From contig JBJMNN010000196.1 of the NCBI GenBank assembly GCA_045804245.1, forward strand, positions 4,665 through 68,664: a stretch of DNA of 64,000 nucleotides, given 5' to 3'. This stretch comes from Gemmatimonadaceae bacterium. GTDB lineage: Bacteria; Gemmatimonadota; Gemmatimonadetes; Gemmatimonadales; Gemmatimonadaceae. Below are positions 45,669-53,995 of this stretch, in pieces. Each line of letters begins with the position of its first letter. The first letter of the stretch is position 1. Under the pieces are notes generated by a model. The model was not told the origin of the DNA. It saw nothing but the letters and a program-made list of their open reading frames with translations, and searched no databases. The position numbers were made by a program, and so were the translations under genes.

Positions 45669-46829
45669 ATGAAAGACCGAACGACGAGCCTGCCGACGCA
45701 ACGCCCCGCCACCGAGCTCCCGCCCGTCCGGGCGGGTCGCGGCACGGGACGCGACGCGACGCGCGCGACCACCGCGGGCACTCGCCGGCTCGCCGACCGC
45801 GACGGCGGTGACCGGATCGATTTCCGCCGCGGGTTTCCCCGACGCCTGACCGTCAGCGCGCTCGGCGTGGGCACCTATCTGGGCGACTGTAGCGATGCGG
45901 ACGACATCGGCTATGCGCAGACGCTGCACGCCGCGGTCGCCGATGGAGTGAACCTGATCGACACGGCGAGCAACTACCGCTGCCAGCGATCGGAGCGTGT
46001 GGTCGGCCGAACGCTCGAGTCGTTGATCGCCGCGGGCGCGGTGCGGCGCGACGAGCTGGTGATCTGCACGAAAGGCGGCTACGTCGCGCTGGACGGGGAG
46101 CCACCCGCATCGCGCGAGCAGTACGAGGTGTGGCTCGACGAGACGCTCGTCGGGCCCGGGATCGTCCGGCGCGACGACCTGGTACGCGCGGGACACTCGA
46201 TCGCGCCATCGTTCCTCGGCCACCAGCTCGCGCAGAGCCGCGCCAACCTCCGGCTCCAGTCGATCGATCTGTACTACCTGCACAATCCCGAGGAGCAACT
46301 GCTCGGCGTGGACCGCGCGACGTTTCGCACGAGACTGCGCGCGGCGTTCACGCTCCTCGAAGAGCGTGCCGAGCGCGGCGAGATCGGTGGCTACGGCTGC
46401 GCGACGTGGCTGGGGCTGCGCGTGGGACCGGAGCATCGGCAGCATCTCACGCTCGCGGAGCTCGTCACGGTGGCACGCGAGATCGCGGGCGCGACGCATC
46501 ACTTCCGCGCCGTGCAACTGCCGGTGAGTTTGGCCATGCCGGAGGCGGCGCGCGCGCCGACGCAGCCGCTCGGTCGCAAGCTGGTGCCGCTGCTGGAAGC
46601 CGCCGACGCGCTGGGTGTCGCGGTGGTGGCGAGCGCGCCACTGATGCAGGGGCGGCTCGCGTCGGGACTTCCCGACGAGGTGCGCACGCTGTTTCCCGAG
46701 TGCACGACCGACGCGCAGCGCGCGCTCCGATTCGCGTCGTCGCTGCCGGGGGTCGCGGCGGTGCTGGCGGGAATGCGCCGGCCGGCGCACCTGGCGGAAA
46801 ACCTCGGCGCGTGGCGCACGATCACCTGA
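45669..46829 (+). CDS. Aldo/keto reductase with an N-terminal extension of about 60 aa
   Basis: Track ORF, 386 aa. 'LGVGTYLG', 'GVNLIDTASNY', 'ICTKGG', 'DLYYLHNP'. The start is not resolved. Confidence 0.8.
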   Translation: MKDRTTSLPTQRPATELPPVRAGRGTGRDATRATTAGTRRLADRDGGDRIDFRRGFPRRLTVSALGVGTYLGDCSDADDIGYAQTLHAAVADGVNLIDTASNYRCQRSERVVGRTLESLIAAGAVRRDELVICTKGGYVALDGEPPASREQYEVWLDETLVGPGIVRRDDLVRAGHSIAPSFLGHQLAQSRANLRLQSIDLYYLHNPEEQLLGVDRATFRTRLRAAFTLLEERAERGEIGGYGCATWLGLRVGPEHRQHLTLAELVTVAREIAGATHHFRAVQLPVSLAMPEAARAPTQPLGRKLVPLLEAADALGVAVVASAPLMQGRLASGLPDEVRTLFPECTTDAQRALRFASSLPGVAAVLAGMRRPAHLAENLGAWRTIT

Positions 46830-46830
46830 G

Positions 46831-48279
46831 TCACGCCGTCACGATCTCGACGGCATGCAGCTCGGCCGACGCCCAATCGGCCACCACGAGGCGGTGGGCG
46901 TTGGTGTCGGCGACGTACGCGCCGCGCGAACCGATCGCGACGCCTCCTGGCTCGTGGAGCCCGCGCACCCACGTCGTGACACTTCGGTCGGCGCGATCGA
47001 GCCAGCGCAGCGAATCGTTGTAGGAATCGCAAACGAGCACGCGCCCGTCGGCCGCGACGGCGATTCCCTGCGGATGCTGCAGTCGCACCGTATCGCCGAC
47101 GCCGTCGACGTCGCCGAAGTCGAACAGCCCGGTTCCGACAATCGTGCGCACGCCACCCGCTGCAGCGAGGTCCACCTCGCGGACGGCGCTCGACTCCGCG
47201 TCGGCGGCGAGCAGCACATCGCCGGCAAGCGCGATCCCCATGGTCTGCGCGAGAGCCGCGTCGGCGTGCGGCCCATCGTGCAGCTCCTCGGCGCCACTGC
47301 CCGTGCGCTGGGAGGCCGTTCCGTCGCGGAGGTCGATCGTCCACAGCTGATGGATGCCAGCCATCGCGACGTGAAGCGTGTCGCCGGCGAGCGCGAGGTC
47401 CCACGGAGAGCTCAGCGCGCCCGCCGCGCGATCGCGTGCACTGCTAAGCTGGGTGCCCGTGCCGGCGATGATGCGCGTGGCGCCCGACGCGAGCGTGATC
47501 GCGCGGACGGCATGGTTTCCCGTGTCGGCGACGTAGAGCACGTCGTCGCCGAAGGCGAGTCCCTGCGGATAGCGAAACGCCGGCGCGTCGCCGTCTTCGA
47601 AGCCCTCGCGCCCGGAGCCGACGACGCGCTCGACACGCATGCGCAGGCCGTGCTCCTCGAGCCGTCCGACGAGAATGCGGTGATGGCCGGAGTCGGCGAC
47701 GGCGATGCGCTCGCCATCGACGGCGACCTTGCCCGGGTACGCGAGCTCCCGGGGCGCAACCGAGGGCGGCTCGGCGGGGAAGTGGAGCGGCCCTTCGCGC
47801 AGGGACCCATCGGCGCGCGCCGCCGCGACGACGCGCTCGATGAACGGCGTGACTGCATCGGCGGTGAACTCGCCGGCGCTCATTCCGACCACCGCGCCTC
47901 GTGGATCGATGGCGACGAGCGTGGGCCACGCGCGCACGGCGTAGGCGCGCCACACGCGGAACTGGCGATCGTTCAGGACGGGATGGATCGATCCGAGCCG
48001 GATGGACGCATCACGAATGCGCGACGTGTCGCGCTCGGCGATGTACTTGCCGCTGTGCACACCGACGACGGCGACGACTTCGGGAAACCGCTGCTCGAGC
48101 TCCCGCAACTGCGGCAGCACATGGATGCAATTGATTCAACCGTAGGTCCAGAAGTCGAGAAGCAGCAGCTTGCCGCGAAAGTCGCCGAGGGTGAGTCGTC
48201 GACCGCCGGTATGCAGCCAATCGAGCGTGTCGGGAAAGTCGGGGGCGCGCACGGCGGGGGAGGCGATCCGGTCTGACAT
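46831..48279 (-). CDS. Thioredoxin-fold plus NHL-repeat protein with an in-frame TGA (48136-48138) at the first position of the CxxC motif: candidate selenoprotein (482 aa if TGA is read as Sec)
   Basis: Track ORF 46831..48120 starts mid-domain. My codon-by-codon translation of the same frame upstream gives [67 protein letters not shown]…, with ATG at 48277-48279. NHL repeats follow ('[23 protein letters not shown]' and others). Confidence 0.6.
48099..48118 (-). ncRNA. SECIS-like hairpin GCUGCCGC-AGUU-GCGGGAGC, 17 nt downstream of the in-frame UGA
   Basis: Read directly from the sequence. A 3-bp plus 4-bp stem with one G.G mismatch and GU in the apical loop. The loop lies about 29-32 nt after the UGA. 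Confidence 0.4.
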
Positions 48280-48411
48280 GGCGATCCTGGTACGAGAGCG
48301 TCGAGCCGGCGACGACGAGAGCAGATGGGACCCAGCACAACGTGCACCACAAGCAGTCCCTACCGGTAGAGCCCGTCAGGTCGCGTCACGCGATTTGCTC
48401 TAGCTCAGGGC

Positions 48412-49479
48412 GTGGCCGCCACGCTCAACCCCCGGTACACGTTCCCGCAGTTCATCGTCGGTCGAAGCAACGAGGCAGCGTATGCCGCCGCCTCCGCCGC
48501 CGCCGTCGCGCCGGGTGCGCTGTACAACCCCATCCTACTCGCGGGGGGCACGGGGCTCGGCAAGACGCATCTCGCGCATGCGGTGACGGGAGAGGCCGCG
48601 CTGCGCGATCCGATGCGAACGGCGGAGCTTCTCACGGCGGACGAGTTCCTGCGCCGGCTTTCCGCTGCGGTGAGCGCGGGAACGCCCGAGCTGCTGCTCG
48701 ACGAGCTGGCGCGCGCGTCGTTGATCGTCGTCGACGATGTGCACGTCCTCGACCGGCACGCCACGGCGCAGGAAGCGTTGCTCTCGCTCGCGTCGCGCGC
48801 GCTCGCGGGGGCGAGACAACTCGTGCTGACGAGCGACGATGCCGCCGGCGCGAGTGCACTCGCACATCGGATCGTGCACCGATTCCGCACGGGGCACAGC
48901 GCGACGCTGGGCATCCCCGACTGGGCGCATCGGGTGGCCATCCTGCACGCGAAGGCGGCGATGCTCGGCGTCGATCTCCCGCCGAGCGTCGCGCACCATC
49001 TCGCGTCACAGTGCGAGGGGAGCGTGCGCGAGCTCGAAGGGAGCCTCACGCGCGTGCTCGCCGTCGCGTCGCTCGATGGCTCGACGCTCACGCTCGCGCT
49101 GGCGCGCCGCGCCGTGCCGACGCGCGTGGACCGCGGCGACGGCGAGAGCGCGCCGCACACACTGCTCGGCGCGCAGCTGGTGCAGGACGCGGTGTCGGCG
49201 GAATGGGGCGTGTCTCCGGACGAGCTGGTCGGCGCGGGGCGTTCGCGGCGGCTGGTGGAACCGCGGCGGATCGGAATGCTGCTCTGCCACGAGCTCCTCG
49301 ATCTGTCGCTGCGCGAGATCGGCGCGGCGTTCGGCGACCGCGATTCGTCGACCGTGCTGTCGGCGCTGGCGCGCGCGCGTGAGGATCTGGAGGAGAGCGT
49401 GTTGGTGGCGGAGCGCGTGGCGCGGCTGCGCCAGATGCTGCCGACGCCGGGCAACGCGCAGACGGCGGACGCGCGCTGA
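48412..49479 (+). CDS. DnaA paralogue consisting only of the AAA+ domain III and DNA-binding domain IV (355 aa)
   Basis: Track ORF, GTG start. The start coincides with the DnaA domain III entry motif 'LNPRYTFPQFIVGRSN'. Walker A 'GGTGLGKTHL', Walker B 'IVVDDVH', sensor II 'SVRELEGSL'. Domain IV 'PRRIGMLLCHEL…LREIGAAFGDRDSSTV'. Confidence 0.8.
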   Translation: MAATLNPRYTFPQFIVGRSNEAAYAAASAAAVAPGALYNPILLAGGTGLGKTHLAHAVTGEAALRDPMRTAELLTADEFLRRLSAAVSAGTPELLLDELARASLIVVDDVHVLDRHATAQEALLSLASRALAGARQLVLTSDDAAGASALAHRIVHRFRTGHSATLGIPDWAHRVAILHAKAAMLGVDLPPSVAHHLASQCEGSVRELEGSLTRVLAVASLDGSTLTLALARRAVPTRVDRGDGESAPHTLLGAQLVQDAVSAEWGVSPDELVGAGRSRRLVEPRRIGMLLCHELLDLSLREIGAAFGDRDSSTVLSALARAREDLEESVLVAERVARLRQMLPTPGNAQTADAR

Positions 49480-49480
49480 A

Positions 49481-50536
49481 CTAGGGTACCCAGTCGGCGA
49501 CGAAGAGATTCGTCTCGGTCGGCGTGGCGCCGTGCCGGTTCGACGCCCAGACGACTGACCGCCCGTCGGGGCTGAACATCGGGAAGCCGTCGAACGCACC
49601 GTGCGTGGTGATCTGCTCCAGCCCCGTGCCGTCGAGCGCGATCAGATAGAGGTCGAAGTTTCCGCTCCGCGGCTGGGTGTAGTTCGAAGAGAAGATCAGA
49701 CGCTTGCCGTCAGGGGTCCACGACGGACCGAAGTTCGCGCCGCCGAGGTGGGTGATCTGACGCTGATTGCTGCCGTCGGCGTTCATCACCCAGAGCTCCA
49801 TGCGATTCGGCCGCACGAGCCGCTCGGCGAGGAGCGCGCGATAGGTGACGAGCGCGCTGTCGGTGGGATGCCAGGCGCGGTAGACGATCTGCGTGCCGTC
49901 GGGGGACCACCACGGGCCGCCGTCGTAGCCGGGCGTCGTCGTGAGCCGGCGCACGTCGGTGCCGTCGACGTTCATCGTGTAGATGTCGAGGTCCCCGTCC
50001 TTGAGCGACGTGAAGACGACGCGCCGGCCATCGGGTGATACGATGGCTTCCGCCGTGTACACACCGTAGTTGGTGAGGCGCCGGAGATCGCTGCCGTCGG
50101 GCTTGGCCGTGTAGATGTCGAACGGATCGAGCCTCCACACGTAGCCCTTGGACGGATCGGGCCGGGGCGGACAGTCCCGCTGCAGCGCGTGCGACGAGCC
50201 GAAGAGAATGCGCTGATCGTCGGCGTAGAAGAAGCCGCAGGTGGTCTTGCCCGAGCCGGTGGAGACGCGATGCACGCCGGTGCCGTCGACGTTCATGACG
50301 TACTGCTGATCGCAGGCGCGCCCGTCGCGGGTGCTCTGGAAGATCAGGCGGCGTCCGTCGCGGCTGAAGTACGCTTCGGCATTCTCACCGCCGCTGGTGA
50401 GGCGACGGAGATTGCGCAGGTGGCGCTCGGCCGGCTCCGCGCCGAAGGTGGCGACGCGTGCCGACTGCGGCGGATGCGCGCAGGACAGTGCGGCGGCGAG
50501 CACCGGAAGCAATCGGCGGGCGAAGGAGGATCGCAT
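49481..50536 (-). CDS. TolB-like beta-propeller (WD40-like/PD40 repeat) periplasmic protein
   Basis: Track ORF 49481..50563 trimmed to ATG 50536 (signal MRSSFARRLLPVLAAALSCA). Repeated 'SPDG..(I/V)VF.S.R.G..DIY' units. Confidence 0.8.
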   Translation of the reverse strand: MRSSFARRLLPVLAAALSCAHPPQSARVATFGAEPAERHLRNLRRLTSGGENAEAYFSRDGRRLIFQSTRDGRACDQQYVMNVDGTGVHRVSTGSGKTTCGFFYADDQRILFGSSHALQRDCPPRPDPSKGYVWRLDPFDIYTAKPDGSDLRRLTNYGVYTAEAIVSPDGRRVVFTSLKDGDLDIYTMNVDGTDVRRLTTTPGYDGGPWWSPDGTQIVYRAWHPTDSALVTYRALLAERLVRPNRMELWVMNADGSNQRQITHLGGANFGPSWTPDGKRLIFSSNYTQPRSGNFDLYLIALDGTGLEQITTHGAFDGFPMFSPDGRSVVWASNRHGATPTETNLFVADWVP

Positions 50537-50606
50537 GCCGACAATGTAAAACGGGCGCCCCACGTGGGGCGCCCGTTCACATGCGTGGTCGCAGTGGTCG
50601 CAAGCG

Positions 50607-52217
50607 TTACGGCGCGGTTGCGGTCGCCCCCGTGCTCGGCCGCTCGACGACGCGGGTCGCGGCGGCGATGGTGAACAGGTCGCGCTGCGACTGTCCCTTC
50701 TCCATCACCTCGAGCGCCTTGCGGAGCGGTGCGTCGAAGGGGAGATCGCGGCGCTTGGCGGTGGAGTCGCCAGCGACGAGTCGCGCGACGCGCTGCTCGA
50801 GCAGTCGGTCCACGTAGCGGCCGGCGGCGTTGTACTGCGCACGGTCGAGCGTGACGCCCTTGGCGGTGAGGCGACGATAGAACTCCTCACGCCACTGCGG
50901 CTGCACCTTGAAGTCCTTGCCCGCGCTGCGCGAGAGCTCGAGCGCGTAGTCGTAGAGCGTGACGTAGACGTCCTGCTGCTTCGGCGCGAACGCCTTGGAG
51001 AGCGTCTGCTCGGCGGTCGTGAGCGTGTCGTCGTGCACGAGGATGTCGGGCGTGATGCCGCCGCCGCCGTACACGATGCGGCCCGCGTCGGAGCGATAGG
51101 CCGGACGCGACTTCTTCTTCGCCTCGGTCTCGAGCGAGTCGGGCGCGGTCTCGACGAACTTGCCGTTCTCGAACTTGCGCTCGCGCTGGATGCTGCGGCC
51201 GCTCGGCGTGTACCACTTGGCGGTCGTGATCTTGAGCGCGTAGCCACCGTCGAGCGGGAAGAGCGTCTGCACGAGTCCCTTGCCGAAGCTGGTGCCGCCG
51301 ACGACGAGCGCACGGTCGTGGTCCTGCAGCGCGCCGGCGACGATCTCGCTCGCCGAGGCCGAGCCGTCATCCGTGAGGACGGTGAGCGGCACCGCAGGGA
51401 ACACGGCGTTGCCCGACGTCGTGAAGCGCTGCGGCTCCGTCGTGCGACCTCGGACGCTCACGATCTCCTGTCCGTCCTTCAGGAACAGGTTCGACATCGC
51501 GATGCTCTGATCGAGGATGCCGCCCGGGTTGCCGCGCATGTCGAGGATGACGCCCTTCACGCCTTCCTTGACGAGGCGCGCGACGGCGCCCTGTACCTCC
51601 TCCGTGGCCGTCTCGTTGAAGCGCTGCACGGGGAGGTAGCCGATCTTGTCATCGAGCACGATCGCGTACGGCACGGCGGGGATGTGAATCACCTGCCGCG
51701 TGAAGACGCTGGTGATCACGTCGGCGACGCCGGGACGCTGGAATTTCACCGTGACCTTGGTGCCGGGCACGCCGATGAGATAGTCGGAGACCTGCTGCGT
51801 CTTCCACCCGCGCGTCGAGAGCGTGTCGACCTGGACGATGCGATCGCCCTCGCGCACCCCGGCACCCTCGGCCGGCGTGTGCGGGAAGACGCGGCTGATC
51901 GTGATGGCGCCCTGCTGCTCCTCGATCTGCATGCCGATGCCGGCGTACTTGCCGTTGGTCTGCTGCGAGAAGCTGGCGAGCTCCTTCGGGGTGAAGAGCT
52001 CGCTGTACGGGTCGTTGAGCTCCTTCACGAGGCCGCGCGCGGCCTTCTCGTACAGCGCGCCCGAGCTGACGGTGTCGACGAAGCGTTGCGACACGAGCTG
52101 GAGCACCTGATCGAGCACACGCGCCCCGTCGGCGGTCGCCCGGTTCTGATAGAGGAAGCCGCCCGCGATGATCGGAAGGAGCGCGGCAGCGACGAAAGCG
52201 GAGCGACGACGAAGCAT
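50607..52217 (-). CDS. S41-family C-terminal processing peptidase (PDZ-containing)
   Basis: Track ORF 50607..52247 trimmed to ATG 52217. PDZ 'GIGMQIEEQQGAITISRVFPHTPAEGAGVREGDRIV', 'VILDMRGNPGG', 'SASASEI'. Confidence 0.88.
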   Translation of the reverse strand: MLRRRSAFVAAALLPIIAGGFLYQNRATADGARVLDQVLQLVSQRFVDTVSSGALYEKAARGLVKELNDPYSELFTPKELASFSQQTNGKYAGIGMQIEEQQGAITISRVFPHTPAEGAGVREGDRIVQVDTLSTRGWKTQQVSDYLIGVPGTKVTVKFQRPGVADVITSVFTRQVIHIPAVPYAIVLDDKIGYLPVQRFNETATEEVQGAVARLVKEGVKGVILDMRGNPGGILDQSIAMSNLFLKDGQEIVSVRGRTTEPQRFTTSGNAVFPAVPLTVLTDDGSASASEIVAGALQDHDRALVVGGTSFGKGLVQTLFPLDGGYALKITTAKWYTPSGRSIQRERKFENGKFVETAPDSLETEAKKKSRPAYRSDAGRIVYGGGGITPDILVHDDTLTTAEQTLSKAFAPKQQDVYVTLYDYALELSRSAGKDFKVQPQWREEFYRRLTAKGVTLDRAQYNAAGRYVDRLLEQRVARLVAGDSTAKRRDLPFDAPLRKALEVMEKGQSQRDLFTIAAATRVVERPSTGATATAP

Positions 52218-52322
52218 GAACGACCCTGCTTGAATGAGGAGACCCAAGTGAATGAATACGCCCCGCCAGCCTGGAGTGTTCCGTCATGGCGCCCGGACCC
52301 GGCGGCGGATCAGGGCGCCGGC

Positions 52323-53171
52323 TCAGGCAGGGCGTGACCCGAGCATGTAATCGACGAACCACTCGCGCTGATGTTGCCGAACAGCAGCGTTGCGAAGCAC
52401 GCCTTGCGCCACGAGCATGTCGTGGGCCGGCTGGAGCACCCGTTGGAGGTGTGACGGGTACCGCTGGGCCAGGGGAAGCTGCTCGGCGAGCTGATCCAGA
52501 GCGACCCGCCAGGTGAGCTTTCCGTCTGCCCGAGCGACCTCGACCAGCCGATAGAGACGCCTGGCGACGGGCGACCCGAGTGCCCAGTAGCGTGGGACCG
52601 AGATGCTGATCGTATGGTTGGCGGCGAGGTTCTCCCGCACGACGGAAGCGAGCACGACGCGCGCGACACCGGGCTCGCCCGTCGTGATCGTGGAGAAGAG
52701 CTGAAGCTGATCGCGGTCGAGGCTGCGGCGGCGCTCGACCGCAACGGAGGTCAGCAGCGTGAAGGCGAGATCCTGCCGACCACCAGCCGCGGACTCGTAG
52801 ATGCCGGTGGACTCGAGCGTCGTGCGCTCGAGGCGTCCGAGCGCGCCGCGCAACTGCTCGTAGGTGCGTCCATCGACGCGGCGCCCCATCGCGCGCAGGA
52901 ACGCGTGCAGGGTGAAGGTGATCGCGCCGTCCGCGGGCTCGCCGGCCTCCTGGTAGCGGCGCAGGAGCTCGACGTAGACATCCTGATCGAAGGTGCCCGG
53001 GAGCCGCTCACCGGGGCTGGGGATGACTCGCCATCGACCGCCGGTGCCATCGGCGTAGGTGATGACGCCGTCGTCGGCGGAGTCGCTGAGGCGGAAGAGT
53101 GGGAGCGCCTCGAGCGACCGGTCGAGCCGAACTGCCCGGGACACCGCCCGGCGGCGCGCCGCGACTGTCAT
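52323..53171 (-). CDS. Replication initiator protein A (RPA/RepA) family protein
   Basis: Track ORF, 282 aa. The N-terminal 'LEALPLFRLSD', then 'LPGTFDQDVYVELL' and 'ITFTLHAFLRAMGRRVDGRTYEQLRGALGRLERTTLE', match the pattern I recall for the plasmid RPA family (assignment from memory only). Confidence 0.6.
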   Translation of the reverse strand: MTVAARRRAVSRAVRLDRSLEALPLFRLSDSADDGVITYADGTGGRWRVIPSPGERLPGTFDQDVYVELLRRYQEAGEPADGAITFTLHAFLRAMGRRVDGRTYEQLRGALGRLERTTLESTGIYESAAGGRQDLAFTLLTSVAVERRRSLDRDQLQLFSTITTGEPGVARVVLASVVRENLAANHTISISVPRYWALGSPVARRLYRLVEVARADGKLTWRVALDQLAEQLPLAQRYPSHLQRVLQPAHDMLVAQGVLRNAAVRQHQREWFVDYMLGSRPA

Positions 53172-53222
53172 GCGGGCAAGCTGGAGTACCGACCCCTAGG
53201 CGGCAAGGCGACGGGCACGCGA

Positions 53223-53933
53223 TCACCGCACGCGAACGACCTGCCCGGTGACGGCGCGAGCGGCATCGGAGCACAACCAGACGACCACGTCGGCCACCGC
53301 CTCGCGCGTGACGTACGCGGCGTCGGCGCCCATCGCGGCGATGTTGGCGGCGGTCCGGATCGCCGCCGGGGCGAGCGCGTTGGCGCGCACACCGTTGTCG
53401 CGCTCCTCCTGCGCGATGGCCTGGACGAGAGTGAGCACCGCACCCTTGGCCGCCGCGTACGCGGCGATGCCCGCGACGCGCGCGCCCGGGAGCGCAGCCT
53501 CCGACCCGAAGAAGAGCATCGCGCCCTTCGTCGCACGCACGAGGGGAAGGAAGGCGCGTGCGGTGAGGTACGCCGTGGTGAAATTGATCGTGAGCTGGCG
53601 GGTCCACGCCGCGGGATCGCTGTCGGCCACGGGGCCGCTCGCGGCGAAGCCGCCGGCGAGATGCACCAGCGCGTGCACGCGGCCGCTCGTCGCGTCACGC
53701 ACGCGAGCGGCGAGCGCGTCGACGGCGGCAGGGTCGCTCAGGTCAGCCGAGAGCGCGGCGGAGCGAAGTCCGGCCGCGTTGAGCGCATCGCTCCGTGCGC
53801 GCGCCTCGTCTTCCGAGCGAGCGACGAGATAGACTCGAGCGCCGCGCTCGGCGAAGGCGCGCGCCACAGCCTCGCCGACCTGTCCCTCGCGCCCGACTCC
53901 CGTCAGCACGACGCTTCGCCCCGAGAGCTCCAT
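53223..53933 (-). CDS. Short-chain dehydrogenase/reductase
   Basis: Track ORF, 236 aa. 'VLTGVGREGQVGEAV' is an atypical glycine-rich loop. Catalytic 'YAAAKGAV'. Confidence 0.8.
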   Translation of the reverse strand: MELSGRSVVLTGVGREGQVGEAVARAFAERGARVYLVARSEDEARARSDALNAAGLRSAALSADLSDPAAVDALAARVRDATSGRVHALVHLAGGFAASGPVADSDPAAWTRQLTINFTTAYLTARAFLPLVRATKGAMLFFGSEAALPGARVAGIAAYAAAKGAVLTLVQAIAQEERDNGVRANALAPAAIRTAANIAAMGADAAYVTREAVADVVVWLCSDAARAVTGQVVRVR

Positions 53934-53995
53934 CCATCCTCCACGTGCAGTGCAGGGCGGCGCGAGCCGCGTATTACCGGACTCGGCCTCTTGGC

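Noticed and set aside
48412-53171. DnaA-like and RepA-like genes taken as evidence that this window is a plasmid or an integrated mobile element
   Set aside because: There is no integrase, transposase, par or tra genes, att-like direct repeats or compositional shift. The surrounding genes are core metabolism (his, arg, ispG). I kept the two genes as separate curiosities instead.
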